Shown: piece by piece, positions 29,852 to 39,783 of the stretch
Position numbering within the stretch: position 1 is the stretch's first letter
Layout: each line of letters begins with the position of its first letter
Source of the DNA: Alphaproteobacteria bacterium
GTDB taxonomy: Bacteria > Pseudomonadota > Alphaproteobacteria > CALKHQ01
Direction: 5' to 3'
Length of the DNA: 64,000 bases
Assembly: GCA_965227515.1 (NCBI GenBank)
Contig: CBDDFZ010000002.1
Coordinates: 544,001 to 608,000 of the forward strand
Program-made: the position numbers and the translations under genes
Notes under the pieces: generated by a model
The model's input: only the letters and a program-made list of their open reading frames with translations
Database searches by the model: none
What the model was told of the DNA's origin: nothing

Positions 29852-29953
29852 CTGAGGCCCTCTGGGCTTGCTTAAGGAAAACGCAACGCTGACGCTGCTA
29901 GGCTGTCACGGACGCCAGAAGTGCGTCTCGTGGCAGGTAGCAACGACGCGGCG

Positions 29954-30754
29954 ATGTTGGAATTCGACGCATTCAATATACCCAGCCTGGTCTCCGGCAT
30001 CGTTCGGCCGGCCGATGGCGCGCGTCCGGCGTCCGGCGGCAACGGGCCGGCTGACACGTCCGCGCCGCAGGCCGACGAGGCGGTGGTGCTGGACATCTCC
30101 GAGGCCGCGCGTGCCCGCGTCGGCGAGAGCCAGGGCGCCGGCAATGACCCGTCTCAGGGATCCGAGGGCGAGGAGGGGGCTGAGGATGCGGCGGCTTCGG
30201 CCGGGCCGCGGGGTACCGACGGCGAGCCTCTGAGCGAGGAAGAGCAGCAGGAAGTCAAGGAACTTGAGGCGCGCGACCGCGAGGTGCGGGCGCACGAGCA
30301 GGCCCACAAGGCGGCGGGCGGGCAATATGCCGGCTCGCCCAGCTACGACTACGAGACCGGGCCGGATGGCAAGCAATACGCCACCTCCGGCGAGGTCAAG
30401 ATCGACACCGCCGCCATCCCCAACGATCCGCAGGCCACCATCGAGAAGATGGAGACGGTCAAGCGCGCGGCGCTGGCGCCGGCCGAGCCCTCGTCGGCGG
30501 ACCGCCAGGTGGCGGCCAAGGCCGAACAGGCGATCCAGCAGGCCCGCCGCGAGTTGGCCGAAGAACGCATCGAAGGCAAGGGCGACGAGGCCAGCGAGGG
30601 CAGTTCCGATCCGCTGCAGGCGAACCAGCCTGGCGAACCGGGCCAACCTGGACTGGTTTCCGCCGACAATGCTCGTGCCGATGACGCCTACCGCGCATTG
30701 TCGCTGGTCGCGGGCGCCAACACGGACGGCCCGCGCCTCAGCATCTCGGCGTAG
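29954..30754 (+). CDS. SprA-related family protein
   Basis: DREVRAHEQAH, GPDGKQYATSGEVKID, RAALAPAEPSSADRQVA; start may be 29921. Confidence 0.85.
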   Translation: MLEFDAFNIPSLVSGIVRPADGARPASGGNGPADTSAPQADEAVVLDISEAARARVGESQGAGNDPSQGSEGEEGAEDAAASAGPRGTDGEPLSEEEQQEVKELEARDREVRAHEQAHKAAGGQYAGSPSYDYETGPDGKQYATSGEVKIDTAAIPNDPQATIEKMETVKRAALAPAEPSSADRQVAAKAEQAIQQARRELAEERIEGKGDEASEGSSDPLQANQPGEPGQPGLVSADNARADDAYRALSLVAGANTDGPRLSISA

Positions 30755-30802
30755 TGCCGCCGTTCCCCCTCATCAACACTGGTGCTTGCATCCAACCTCT
30801 AC

Positions 30803-30889
30803 CGTCATGCCCGCACTTGTTGCGGGCATCCACGTTTTGGCAACAGCTGATGAAAGTCGTGGATGGTCGGGACTAGCCCGACCATGACG
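30803..30889. repeat. REP doublet (CGTCATGCCCG...CATGACG family)
   Basis: cgtcatgcccgcacttgttgcgggcatccacg ... cgtggatggtcgggactagcccgaccatgacg. Confidence 0.9.
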
Positions 30890-30906
30890 ATGAAGATTGG
30901 CGGCGA

Positions 30907-31575
30907 CTACCCGCCAAGCCGCGCCTTGATGAACGCCAGCGCGGCGGCGGCACCCTCCGGGTCGATGCCGTGGGGCAAGCCGGGGCGGACCATCAGTTCC
31001 ACATCGAAGCCGGCGTTCTGCAGCGCCTCGTTGGCCATGATGCTGGCGCGGACCGGCACAACCGGGTCGGCATCGCCGTGGACCAGCAGCAGCGGCGGGC
31101 GGGCGGTCGCCTCGTCGATCAGGGTGTCGGCCGCCAGCAGCGCGCCGGAGAACCCCACCACCCCAGCGCAGGCGTTGGCGCGGCGTGGTGCGACATAGAG
31201 CGACATCATCGTGCCCTGGCTGAAGCCGACCAGCAGCAGCCGGTCGTCGGCGAGCCCGCGCGCGGCAAGCTGGGCATCGAGAAAGGCGTTGAGGGCTGGC
31301 GCGCTCGACTGGATGCCGGCCAGCATCGCGGGGCCCGACGTCTCCTGCAGGCTGAACCACTGATAGCCCATCGGCGCCATGTCGCACGGGAAGGGTGCGT
31401 TGGGCGCGGCCCAAGCGACACTCGGCAGGTCGGGCGCCCACTGGCTGGCGAGACCGATCAGGTCGTTGCCGTCGGCGCCGAGCCCATGCAGCAGCACCAC
31501 AAGCGCGTCGGCGTCTCCGCCGTTGTGCGGTTCCAGGGTGGGGCCGCTGAGTGTGGGGCCGTCTTGGTCGGTCAT
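30907..31575 (-). CDS. Phospholipase/carboxylesterase (alpha/beta hydrolase)
   Basis: LLHGLGADG, GFSQG, HGDADPVV, PHGI. Confidence 0.9.
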   Translation of the reverse strand: MTDQDGPTLSGPTLEPHNGGDADALVVLLHGLGADGNDLIGLASQWAPDLPSVAWAAPNAPFPCDMAPMGYQWFSLQETSGPAMLAGIQSSAPALNAFLDAQLAARGLADDRLLLVGFSQGTMMSLYVAPRRANACAGVVGFSGALLAADTLIDEATARPPLLLVHGDADPVVPVRASIMANEALQNAGFDVELMVRPGLPHGIDPEGAAAALAFIKARLGG

Positions 31576-32264
31576 GATTTCTGCTTTCGTGTCGGTTTCG
31601 GTGGTGCCTTGGCCGGCGCGCGGTCGTCGAACTGCTTCTGGTTGCCCAGCCGATGATAGTAGTGCCACATCAGCATCGCCATGGGGCCGCGCCAGGGACG
31701 CCACGGCTCGGCGGCTGCGTCCATGGTGGCGCGGTCGGGCCGTTCGTCGAGGCCGAGCATGCGCTGCACGCCGACCCGCACCGCCAGGTCGTCGGCCGGC
31801 CAGATGTCGCGCCGGCCCATCGAGAACAGCAGGTAGATCTCGGCACTCCAGCGCCCGAAGCCCTTCAGCGCGGTGATGGCGGCGATGGCGTCGTCGTCGC
31901 CGAGCCGGTGCAGGCCATCGAGGTCGAGGCTGCCGCCGTCTACGGCTGAGGCCAGCCCGCAGCCATAGGCGAGCTTCTGCCGGCTGAGGCCCAGCAGGGC
32001 GGGCTCGCGTTCGGCGACGTCGAGGAAGGAGGCCGGCGCCATCGGCACCACCGCAGCCTCGATCCGCCGCCAGATGCCGCGCGCCGCCGCCGAGGATATC
32101 TGCTGGCCGACGATGATGCGCAGCAGCCCCTCGAACCCCGGCGGGTGGCTGCGGACCTCCGGCGGCGGGCCGTGGTCGGCCAGCACCGCGGCGACCTTGG
32201 CGTCGCGTGCCGCGACCTCGTCGAGGCCGGCCAGCATTTGACTCATGGTCAGGCGCTCAGGCAT
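31572..32264 (-). CDS. alkA: DNA-3-methyladenine glycosylase II (AlkA family)
   Basis: IVGQQIS, LKGFGRWSAE HhH motif, PADDLAV, WRPWR; start may be 32246, 32264 or 32276. Confidence 0.88.
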   Translation of the reverse strand: MPERLTMSQMLAGLDEVAARDAKVAAVLADHGPPPEVRSHPPGFEGLLRIIVGQQISSAAARGIWRRIEAAVVPMAPASFLDVAEREPALLGLSRQKLAYGCGLASAVDGGSLDLDGLHRLGDDDAIAAITALKGFGRWSAEIYLLFSMGRRDIWPADDLAVRVGVQRMLGLDERPDRATMDAAAEPWRPWRGPMAMLMWHYYHRLGNQKQFDDRAPAKAPPKPTRKQKS

Positions 32265-32274
32265 GAGCAGCGCC

Positions 32275-33162
32275 ATGCCGCACACGACCCGGTTCGCGCC
32301 AAGCCCGACCAACAATCTGCACCTGGGCCATGCCTTCAGCGCGTGGTTCGCGTGGGCAGCCGCCGACGTGGCCGGCGGCGGGCGGTTCCTGGTGCGGATC
32401 GAGGACATCGACCGCGACCGCAGCCGGGATGAGTTCATCTCCTCCCAGCTCGCGGACCTGGCCTGGCTGGGCCTCGCCCACGAGACGCCGGTGCTGCGCC
32501 AGTCCGACCGGATGGACGCCTATGGTGAGGCGTTGGCGCGGTTGCAGGCGGCGGGCGCGGTCTACCCCTGTTTCTGCTCGCGCAAGGATATCCAGCGCGA
32601 GATCGAGGAGTCCGGGCGCGCGCCGCACCTGGACGGGATGGGGGCACCGATCTATCCGGGCACCTGCCGCCATCTGAGCGGGGCGGACCGCGCGGCGCGG
32701 ATCGCGGCGGGAGAGGAGCATGCCTGGCGGCTCGATGCCGGCAAGGCGGTGGATCTCACCGGCGCGCTGACGTGGCAGGAAGAATCGCTCGGCCCGATGG
32801 CCGTGAAGCCGGAGATCATGGGCGATGTGGTGCTGGCGCGGCGCGACCTTGCCACCAGCTACCACCTCGCCGTGGTGGTCGATGATGCGTTCCAGGGCGT
32901 GACACTGGTGACGCGCGGGCGCGACCTGTTTCCCGCCACCCACGTGCACCGCCCGCTGCAGGCGCTGCTCGGGCTGCCGGTGCCGGCCTATCACCACCAC
33001 GACCTCGTCACCGGGCCGGACGGCCGTCGGCTCGCCAAGCGCGATGGGGCGGCCACCCTGCGCGAGATGCGCGCGGGCGGTGCGTCGCCGGCCGACGTGT
33101 GGGACCGGCTCGGCATTGCGGAGGGGGAGCGGCCGCCTGTTTCCAAGGGTGCCGGCACTTAA
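32275..33162 (+). CDS. gluQ: Glutamyl-Q tRNA(Asp) synthetase
   Basis: TRFAPSPT..LHLGH, RIEDID, YPCFCSR, SYHLAVVVDD, RLAKR; no anticodon-binding domain. Confidence 0.92.
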   Translation: MPHTTRFAPSPTNNLHLGHAFSAWFAWAAADVAGGGRFLVRIEDIDRDRSRDEFISSQLADLAWLGLAHETPVLRQSDRMDAYGEALARLQAAGAVYPCFCSRKDIQREIEESGRAPHLDGMGAPIYPGTCRHLSGADRAARIAAGEEHAWRLDAGKAVDLTGALTWQEESLGPMAVKPEIMGDVVLARRDLATSYHLAVVVDDAFQGVTLVTRGRDLFPATHVHRPLQALLGLPVPAYHHHDLVTGPDGRRLAKRDGAATLREMRAGGASPADVWDRLGIAEGERPPVSKGAGT

Positions 33163-33173
33163 GCTACCTCTAT

Positions 33174-33265
33174 CGTCATGCCCGCACTTGTTGCGGGCAT
33201 CCACGTCTTGTTGGCCGCTCAAGCGGCCATTTTCGTGGATGCTCGGGTCAAGCCCGAGCATGACG
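33174..33265. repeat. REP doublet (CGTCATG family)
   Basis: Same terminal hairpins as 30803-30889. Confidence 0.9.
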
Positions 33266-33287
33266 GAAGAGGGTGGCAGCGACGGCA

Positions 33288-33848
33288 TCACTCGCCCGTG
33301 TAGTGGTCCGGCCAGTGCTTTTTCACGATCGGGCCGTCGGCGCTGAGCGCGTGGCAGGTGTTCACCGGCGTGCGGCGCACGTCGACCGTGCCGCTGGTGC
33401 CGCGCTCCTTATGCTCGCGGTGGCGGATCGGGTAGATGGTCTGGAACGCGGTGGTCGCAATCGGCCCCAGCAGCTCCAGCAGGTGGGTGCAGCCGTGGGC
33501 GCCGGAGAACAGCTCCTTGGTCTTCCTGGTCCAGCCGCGCGCGATGGTCAGGCCGACCAGCTTCTCGTAGGCCGGGGTGATCTGTGGGCAGATCTTGAAC
33601 GGGTTGGCGTCCATATGCGCCTCCACCCCGCGCACGATGAAGTCGTCGTCGATGGTCAGCCTGAGCCACATATCGTGCACCGGGTCGCCGGGCGCCATCG
33701 CGCCGCGTTCCTCGTTGGAAAACGCATAGGTCTTCTGGTCGACCAGGTGGCCCTCGATATCCCACAGCCCATCCGCCCGGCGGAACCCCTGGCAGGTGAC
33801 GGTGCGCGTGTGCAGGTGCTCGCGCGCGACGGGCTCGGACAGAGGCAT
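33288..33848 (-). CDS. DUF2889-family protein
   Basis: HTR..RRADGLWDIEGHLVD, GCTHLLELL, NTCHAL. Confidence 0.85.
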   Translation of the reverse strand: MPLSEPVAREHLHTRTVTCQGFRRADGLWDIEGHLVDQKTYAFSNEERGAMAPGDPVHDMWLRLTIDDDFIVRGVEAHMDANPFKICPQITPAYEKLVGLTIARGWTRKTKELFSGAHGCTHLLELLGPIATTAFQTIYPIRHREHKERGTSGTVDVRRTPVNTCHALSADGPIVKKHWPDHYTGE

Positions 33849-33900
33849 GAGGGGTCTCCTACTTGGTGAGCGCGTCCGCTCTGCACAGCAAAGATTTCAA

Positions 33901-34011
33901 CGTCATTGCGAGGAGCGCCGATCTCGGCGCGACGCGGCAATCCAGAGCAACACATCAACCGCAACGACAATCGCCTGAATCGCCACGGCGCATTCGCGCC
34001 TCGCGATGACG
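33901..34011. repeat. REP-like element (CGTCATTGCGAG...CTCGCGATGACG type)
   Basis: Terminal inverted repeats with internal hairpins. Confidence 0.8.
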
Positions 34012-34020
34012 ACAGTTCGC

Positions 34021-34902
34021 TCAGAGCACATACAGCAATAGGGCGGGCAGCGTCAGAAACGAAATGGCGGTGGAGATCAGCACCATGCCGGCCACCTCCT
34101 CCGGCTCGCGGCCGTAGCGCTGGGCGAACAGGTAGTTGAACACCGCCACCGGCATGGTGCACTGGATGATCAGCACGCCGCCCTCGACATGGCCCAGGCC
34201 CAGCAGCCACGCCACCGCCACGCCGACACCGAAGCCCATGCCCAGCCGCACAACCGCCAGCAGGGCAGAGCGCGGCAGGCTGCGCAGCTTCAGCCGCGCC
34301 AGCGAGGCACCCAGCGTCATCAGCATCAGCGGAATGGTCAGGTCGCCGATCAGCTTGATGGTGCGGCCCGCCCACAGCGGGGTCTCGAACTCGGTCGCCA
34401 CCACCACCAGGCTGATGATCACCGACCAGATGATCGGCGCGCGGATCAGCCGCCAGGGCGAGAAGGTGCCCGATGCCAGCGCCACGCCGACCGTGAAGTT
34501 GCCCAGCGCGCCCATGGAGAAATAGGCGATACCGGCGGCCAGGCCCGGCTCGCCGAACGCGAACAGGCAGAGCGGCAGGCCCATGTTGCCGGAATTGGAG
34601 AACACCAGTGCCGGCAGATAGGCGCCCTGCGAGAACCGCAGGCTGGCCAGGATGGCGGCGCCGATGGCCAGCATGGCGCCGATGGCGATCAGCGCCGCGA
34701 TCATCATGTCTGTGAAGGCGCCGATGCCGAAGCTGGAGCCGGTCAGGGTGGCGAACACCAGCGACGGCGCGCCGATGTTGGTCGCCAGCGTGGTGACAAA
34801 CGCGGTGTCGTACGGCCGGCCCGACTTGGTCCAGGCAAAGCCGATCGCCGCGCACACGAAGACGGGCGCGATGATCGCGAACAGTTCTGCGGAGACGCTC
34901 AA
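34021..34902 (-). CDS. AEC (auxin efflux carrier) family transporter
   Basis: About 10 TM segments, NSGNMGLP, MPVAVFNY. Confidence 0.88.
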   Translation of the reverse strand: MSVSAELFAIIAPVFVCAAIGFAWTKSGRPYDTAFVTTLATNIGAPSLVFATLTGSSFGIGAFTDMMIAALIAIGAMLAIGAAILASLRFSQGAYLPALVFSNSGNMGLPLCLFAFGEPGLAAGIAYFSMGALGNFTVGVALASGTFSPWRLIRAPIIWSVIISLVVVATEFETPLWAGRTIKLIGDLTIPLMLMTLGASLARLKLRSLPRSALLAVVRLGMGFGVGVAVAWLLGLGHVEGGVLIIQCTMPVAVFNYLFAQRYGREPEEVAGMVLISTAISFLTLPALLLYVL

Positions 34903-34942
34903 GGGGCGACGTTCAAGGCTGGGTGATGTCTCAGTCGGCTTC

Positions 34943-36265
34943 TCAGTCGGCGGCGGGCGGGGTCACGCGCAGCAGCGTCAGCCGGTTCTGCTGGCGGCGC
35001 AGGATTTCGAAGCGGAAGCCGTAGAATTCGAACACCTGCCCCGGCTTGGGAATGCGCCTGGCCTCGTGCAGCACCAGGCCCGCGACCGTGGCGGCGTCCT
35101 CGTCGGGCAGGCTCCAGTCGTATTCGCGGTTGATGTCGCGGATGGTGACGGTGCCGTTGACGATGAAGCTGCCGTCGGACTGGCGGCGCATGCCGCGCAC
35201 GAACGGGTCGTGCTCGTCGTCAATCTCGCCGACGATCTCCTCCAGGATGTCTTCCAGGGTCACCACGCCCATCAGCGAGCCGTACTCGTCGACCACCATG
35301 GCGATGTGCTCGCGGCGGCGGCGGAACTCCTGCAACTGGTGCAGCAGCTCGGTGGATTCCGGGATGAACCAGGGCGTGGCGGCCACCGATGCGATGTCCA
35401 GGGCCGGGGCGTCGTCCCCGTTGTTGGCGTCGTCCCCGTTTCGGGCGGCAGCCGCCTCGTGGGCGCGCAGGGCGCGGATCACGTCCTTGGCGTGCAGGAT
35501 GCCGATCACGTTGTCCGGGTCGTCCTTCCACATCGGCAGCCGGGTGTAGCGGCTGTTCAGCACCTGGGCCAGTATCTGTTCCGGCGGCTGGTCGGCGTCG
35601 ATGGTCTCCACCTCGCTGCGGTGGGTCATGATCTCCGAGACCTCGACGTCGGTCAGGTCCAGGATGCCGCGCAGCATGTTGCGCTCGTGCTCGACCTGGC
35701 GGTCGCCGCCGCCCTCGCTCGGCTCCTCGGCGGAGCCGTGCAGGTCGATGGCGCCGCGCAACTCCTCCTCGCTGTCACTCGACGTCAGGGTGCGCGACAT
35801 GGAGACGCCGAAGATGCCGAGGGTGGCGCGCACCACCACCTGGATGGCGGCCACCACCGGCGCCAGCGCGGCCACGATCGGCTTCATCACCGGCCCGACG
35901 ATCAGCGCCAGCCGGTCGGCGTGGTTGATAGCATAGCTCTTCGGCAGCACCTCGGCGAAGATCAGCACCATCACGGTCATCACCATGGCGGCATAGGCGG
36001 CGCCGGCCTCGGCGAACATGTCGACCAGTATGGCGGTCGCGAGTGCCGTGGCGACGATGTTGACGACATTGTTGCCCAGCAGGATGGCGCCGATCAGGCG
36101 CTCCGGCCGCTCCAGGAGCTGGTTCACGGCGGCCGCGCCCTTGCTGCCCTGCTGCTCCAGGCGGTGCATGCGGGCGCGGCTGACGGCGGTCATCGTGGTC
36201 TCCGATCCGGAGAACAAGGCTGACAGGACCAACAGGATGAAGATGGCGATGAGCGAGGCGATCAT
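34943..36265 (-). CDS. HlyC/CorC (CNNM) family transporter with CBS domains
   Basis: FSGSET, EVLPK, VVDEYG..GVVTLEDILEEIVGEI. Confidence 0.93.
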   Translation of the reverse strand: MIASLIAIFILLVLSALFSGSETTMTAVSRARMHRLEQQGSKGAAAVNQLLERPERLIGAILLGNNVVNIVATALATAILVDMFAEAGAAYAAMVMTVMVLIFAEVLPKSYAINHADRLALIVGPVMKPIVAALAPVVAAIQVVVRATLGIFGVSMSRTLTSSDSEEELRGAIDLHGSAEEPSEGGGDRQVEHERNMLRGILDLTDVEVSEIMTHRSEVETIDADQPPEQILAQVLNSRYTRLPMWKDDPDNVIGILHAKDVIRALRAHEAAAARNGDDANNGDDAPALDIASVAATPWFIPESTELLHQLQEFRRRREHIAMVVDEYGSLMGVVTLEDILEEIVGEIDDEHDPFVRGMRRQSDGSFIVNGTVTIRDINREYDWSLPDEDAATVAGLVLHEARRIPKPGQVFEFYGFRFEILRRQQNRLTLLRVTPPAAD

Positions 36266-36356
36266 CGTGGGGCATACCGTGGCTGGTGGTGAGAAGACGG
36301 AATCAGCATACGAATATTGTTAGCAACGCACGGGCCAGGCCCACAGCAGCCGAACG

Positions 36357-37484
36357 TCAAGCTGCGGCGGCGAGGCGCGTCAGGAGGGCGCGCAGCGTTT
36401 CGACCGGAACGTTGCGTGCCTGGTAGGCATCACCCAGGGCGTGCAGCAGGATGAACACGATCGTACCGGCGCTGACCTTCTTGTCGCGGCCCATGTGGTC
36501 GATGATCCGCTCCACGTCCCAGTTCCGGTCCGGCAGCACGGCGAGGGAGGCGGGCAGGCCCAGCTCGGCCAGGTGGCTGGCAACCCGCGCCTCGTCGGCG
36601 GCGGTGATCGGCTCCCCCATCGCGGCGGAGAGTGCCGTGGCCAGAACCATGCCGATGGCGACGCCCTCGCCATGTAGCAGGCGGCCATCGTAGCCGTACT
36701 CGGCCTCCAGCGCGTGGCCGAAGGTGTGGCCGAAGTTCAGCAAGGCGCGGCTGCCGCGCTCCTTCTCGTCGTCGGCGACGATCCGCGCCTTGGCGCGGCA
36801 GCTCACCGCCACGGCGTGGCGCAGGGCTGCGATGTCGCCGTCGACCACGGCGCGGCCGTTCGCCTCCAGCCACTCGAAGAAGCCGATATCGCCGATCAGC
36901 CCGTACTTCACCACCTCGGCATAGCCGGCCAGCCGCTCGCGGCGGGGCAGGGTGGCCAGCGCGGACAGGTCGGCCAGCACCAGCAGCGGCTGATGGAAGG
37001 CGCCGACAAGGTTCTTGCCGTTGCCGGCATTGATGCCGGTCTTGCCGCCGACGGAGCTGTCGACCTGGGCGAGCAGCGTGGTCGGCACCTGGATGAAGTC
37101 GATGCCGCGCAGCGCAATGGCAGCGGCGAACCCGGTCAGGTCGCCGACCATGCCGCCGCCAAGCGCGATCAGCACGGTCGACCGTTCGATGGGCAGGGCC
37201 AACAGGCGCTCGACCAGTTTCTCCAACTCCGCGAAGCACTTGGTGCCCTCGCCCGGTGGGATTTCCAGCAGCGGCGCATCGATGCCGCCCCTGGCCAGTC
37301 CGGTTTGCAGAGCGCCGCCGTGCAGCAGGGCCACGTTGTCGTCGCTGACGATCACCGCGTTGCGGCCGTTCAGCACCGGTGCCACGAACTCCGCGGCGTG
37401 CGTCAGCAGGTCAGGCCCGACGACGATGTCATAGCCACGGTCGCCGAGTGCCACGCGCACCGTTTCGATATCGGGGCTGGTCAT
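36357..37484 (-). CDS. aroB: 3-dehydroquinate synthase
   Basis: GGGMVGDLTGF, PTTLLAQVDSSVGGKTGIN, LNFGHTFGHALE. Confidence 0.97.
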   Translation of the reverse strand: MTSPDIETVRVALGDRGYDIVVGPDLLTHAAEFVAPVLNGRNAVIVSDDNVALLHGGALQTGLARGGIDAPLLEIPPGEGTKCFAELEKLVERLLALPIERSTVLIALGGGMVGDLTGFAAAIALRGIDFIQVPTTLLAQVDSSVGGKTGINAGNGKNLVGAFHQPLLVLADLSALATLPRRERLAGYAEVVKYGLIGDIGFFEWLEANGRAVVDGDIAALRHAVAVSCRAKARIVADDEKERGSRALLNFGHTFGHALEAEYGYDGRLLHGEGVAIGMVLATALSAAMGEPITAADEARVASHLAELGLPASLAVLPDRNWDVERIIDHMGRDKKVSAGTIVFILLHALGDAYQARNVPVETLRALLTRLAAAA

Positions 37485-38131
37485 GAAGTGAGGGCCTTTT
37501 CCGTCTTGGCCGGGGCCGCCTTGGGGCCGTTCACATAGGCCGCGAGCGCGCGCATCACTTCGTCGGCGGTGACCGACAGCGGCACGTCGCGGGACTCCAC
37601 CACGATATCGGCCTCGGCATAGACCGGATAGCGCTCGGCCATCAGGCGTTCCAGCACCGCGCGATGGTCCTGGTCCTTCAACAGCGGGCGGTTGGTGCGC
37701 CGTGCCACCCGGCGGACCAGCACGTCGCAGTCGGCGCGCAGCCAGATCGAGATGCCGCGCGCGCGGGTCGCCTCTCGGGTGCGGGGGTCCATCCAGGCGC
37801 CGCCGCCGGTGGCCAGCACGTGCGGGGGGTCGTCCAGCAGGCGTGCGATCACCCGCCGCTCGCCGTCGCGAAACACGGACTCGCCGTGGACCTCGAAGAT
37901 ATCGGCGATGGTGCAGCCGGCCGCCGCCTCGATTTCCTGGTCGGCGTCGACGAAGCTCAGCCCCAGCAGGTCGGCCAGCCGCCGCCCCACCGCCGTCTTG
38001 CCCGCGCCCATTAGGCCGACCATCACCAGCGTGCGGTCGAGATGCGCCGCGAGCCGGGAGGGATCTGGGGACTGTTCGCTCAAGTCATGCATAGGCGTAC
38101 TCGCGAAGGGCTTCACGCGGTTGGTTGTCAT
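37481..38131 (-). CDS. aroK: Shikimate kinase
   Basis: GLMGAGKT P-loop, FRDGE, ATGGG, RPLL; start may be 38092. Confidence 0.95.
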   Translation of the reverse strand: MTTNRVKPFASTPMHDLSEQSPDPSRLAAHLDRTLVMVGLMGAGKTAVGRRLADLLGLSFVDADQEIEAAAGCTIADIFEVHGESVFRDGERRVIARLLDDPPHVLATGGGAWMDPRTREATRARGISIWLRADCDVLVRRVARRTNRPLLKDQDHRAVLERLMAERYPVYAEADIVVESRDVPLSVTADEVMRALAAYVNGPKAAPAKTEKALTS

Positions 38132-38273
38132 GTCCGTCGCCGGCGCGTTGAATGGCGGTCGGCCAGCCGTTACAGTCGGGGCAAGGCGATTCGGCCACGT
38201 GCGGTCCGTGAATGGGCCGCGCGGCGCCCCGGCTGCAGGGGCCTACCTTGCGCAGAATAGAGCAGGTGCCGAC

Positions 38274-38450
38274 GTGCGACAACGACAGCGCTTCGAGACA
38301 CGATCCAGCGGCGGCGGCGGATGGCGCTTCCTGCTGATCCTGCTGGTGCTGCTGATCGTGGGCGGCGGCGTGTTCCTCAGCCAGTGGGATATCGCGCCGC
38401 CGGAAGGCGAGATCGAGATTGTCATCCCCAACGACCGGTTCGTCAATTGA
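38274..38450 (+). CDS. Small single-TM hypothetical protein upstream of xerD
   Basis: GTG start, one hydrophobic segment, C-terminal EIVIPNDRF. Confidence 0.6.
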   Translation: MRQRQRFETRSSGGGGWRFLLILLVLLIVGGGVFLSQWDIAPPEGEIEIVIPNDRFVN

Positions 38451-39456
38451 CGCCACCGCCCGGCGCGGTGCCAGTTCGAACGCACTTCGGGCCGGTGCCT
38501 TTCGCATAGAGGCGTTCCTGGAAATGATGGTGGCCGAGCGCGGGGCGTCGGCGAATACCGTCGCCGCCTATCGCCGCGACCTGGAGGGTTGTGCCGCCTT
38601 TGCCGCCGCGCGCGGGCTCAGCCTGGACGCGATGAGCGACCGCGACGTCCACGACTGGCGCGCGGCGATGGATGGCGAGGCGCTGTCGCCGCGGACCATC
38701 GCGCGACGGCTGTCGGCGGTGCGCCAGTTCAACCGCTATCTGATCAGCGAGGGCCATCGCGACGACGACCCCACCAACACGCTGGAAAGCCCGCGCCAGG
38801 TGCGCGCGCTGCCGAAGCTGTTGTCGGAAAGCGATGTCGATGCCCTGCTCCGCGCCGCAGCCGAGGTCGACGGCGATGCCGGGGTGCGGCTGACCGCGCT
38901 GATGGAGGTGCTGTACGCCACCGGGCTCAGGGTTTCGGAACTGGTGAACATGCCGTTGGGTGCTTTGGGCCGCGACGGCCGGGTGCTGACGGTGCGCGGC
39001 AAGGGCGACAAGGAGCGGATGGTGCCGCTGACCGAACCGGCCAGGCGGGCGCTGGCGGCCTATCTGGAGGTGCGGGACCGGTTCCTGCCGCCCGCCAAAG
39101 CGGGGGGCGACCGGCGTGCCAACCGTTGGATGTTCCCCTCGCGCCGGCGCGGCGGACAGCCGCTGACCCGCCAGCGCTTCGGGCAGATGCTGAAGGAGCT
39201 GGCCGCCAAGGCCGGCGTGGCGCCCAGCAAGGTGAGCCCCCATGTGTTGCGTCACGCCTTTGCCAGCCATTTGCTGGAGCATGGTGCCGACCTGAAGAGC
39301 GTGCAGCAGATGCTGGGTCATGCCGACATCTCCACCACCCAGATCTACACCCACGTGCTGGAGCACCGCATGCGCGCGCTGGTGGAGAACGCCCACCCGC
39401 TCAGCGGCGCGGTTTCCGGTCATCGGCCCTTGAGCGGCCGGGGCCGCGCTGTATAA
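38419..39456 (+). CDS. xerD: Tyrosine recombinase XerD
   Basis: ERGASANTVAAYRRDL, LYATGLRVSEL, GKGDKER, SPHVLRHAFASHLL, LGHADISTTQIYTHV; true start uncertain; aroK/accA context. Confidence 0.92.
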   Translation: MSSPTTGSSIDATARRGASSNALRAGAFRIEAFLEMMVAERGASANTVAAYRRDLEGCAAFAAARGLSLDAMSDRDVHDWRAAMDGEALSPRTIARRLSAVRQFNRYLISEGHRDDDPTNTLESPRQVRALPKLLSESDVDALLRAAAEVDGDAGVRLTALMEVLYATGLRVSELVNMPLGALGRDGRVLTVRGKGDKERMVPLTEPARRALAAYLEVRDRFLPPAKAGGDRRANRWMFPSRRRGGQPLTRQRFGQMLKELAAKAGVAPSKVSPHVLRHAFASHLLEHGADLKSVQQMLGHADISTTQIYTHVLEHRMRALVENAHPLSGAVSGHRPLSGRGRAV

Positions 39457-39483
39457 GTGTCGCCGCGCAACCGGGAGAGCGAA

Positions 39484-39777
39484 ATGGCCGCCTACATCAT
39501 TGCCCGCAACAATGTCACCGACCCAGAGCAGTACGCGAAATACCGCGCCAAGGCGCCGGCCGCGATCGCGGCGTTCGGCGGCAAGTATCTGGCGCGCGGC
39601 GGCGCGGTCGAGTGCCTGGAGGGCCCCGGTGAGGACCGGCGCATGATCATCCTGGAGTTCCCGGACATGGAGACCGCGCGCAAGTTCTACCATTCCGAGC
39701 TGTACCAGGAGGCCAAGGCCCTGCGCGAGGGCGCGGCCGACAACCAGATCATCATCGTCGACGGCTACGACGGGTAG
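39484..39777 (+). CDS. DUF1330-family protein
   Basis: FGGKYLARGG..LEG, LEFPD, YQEA. Confidence 0.88.
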   Translation: MAAYIIARNNVTDPEQYAKYRAKAPAAIAAFGGKYLARGGAVECLEGPGEDRRMIILEFPDMETARKFYHSELYQEAKALREGAADNQIIIVDGYDG

Positions 39778-39783
39778 GCAGCC

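Noticed and set aside
38419-39456. Phage or island integrase
   Set aside because: Sequence motifs and the aroK/accA context fit chromosomal XerD; no att sites or mobile cargo were seen.
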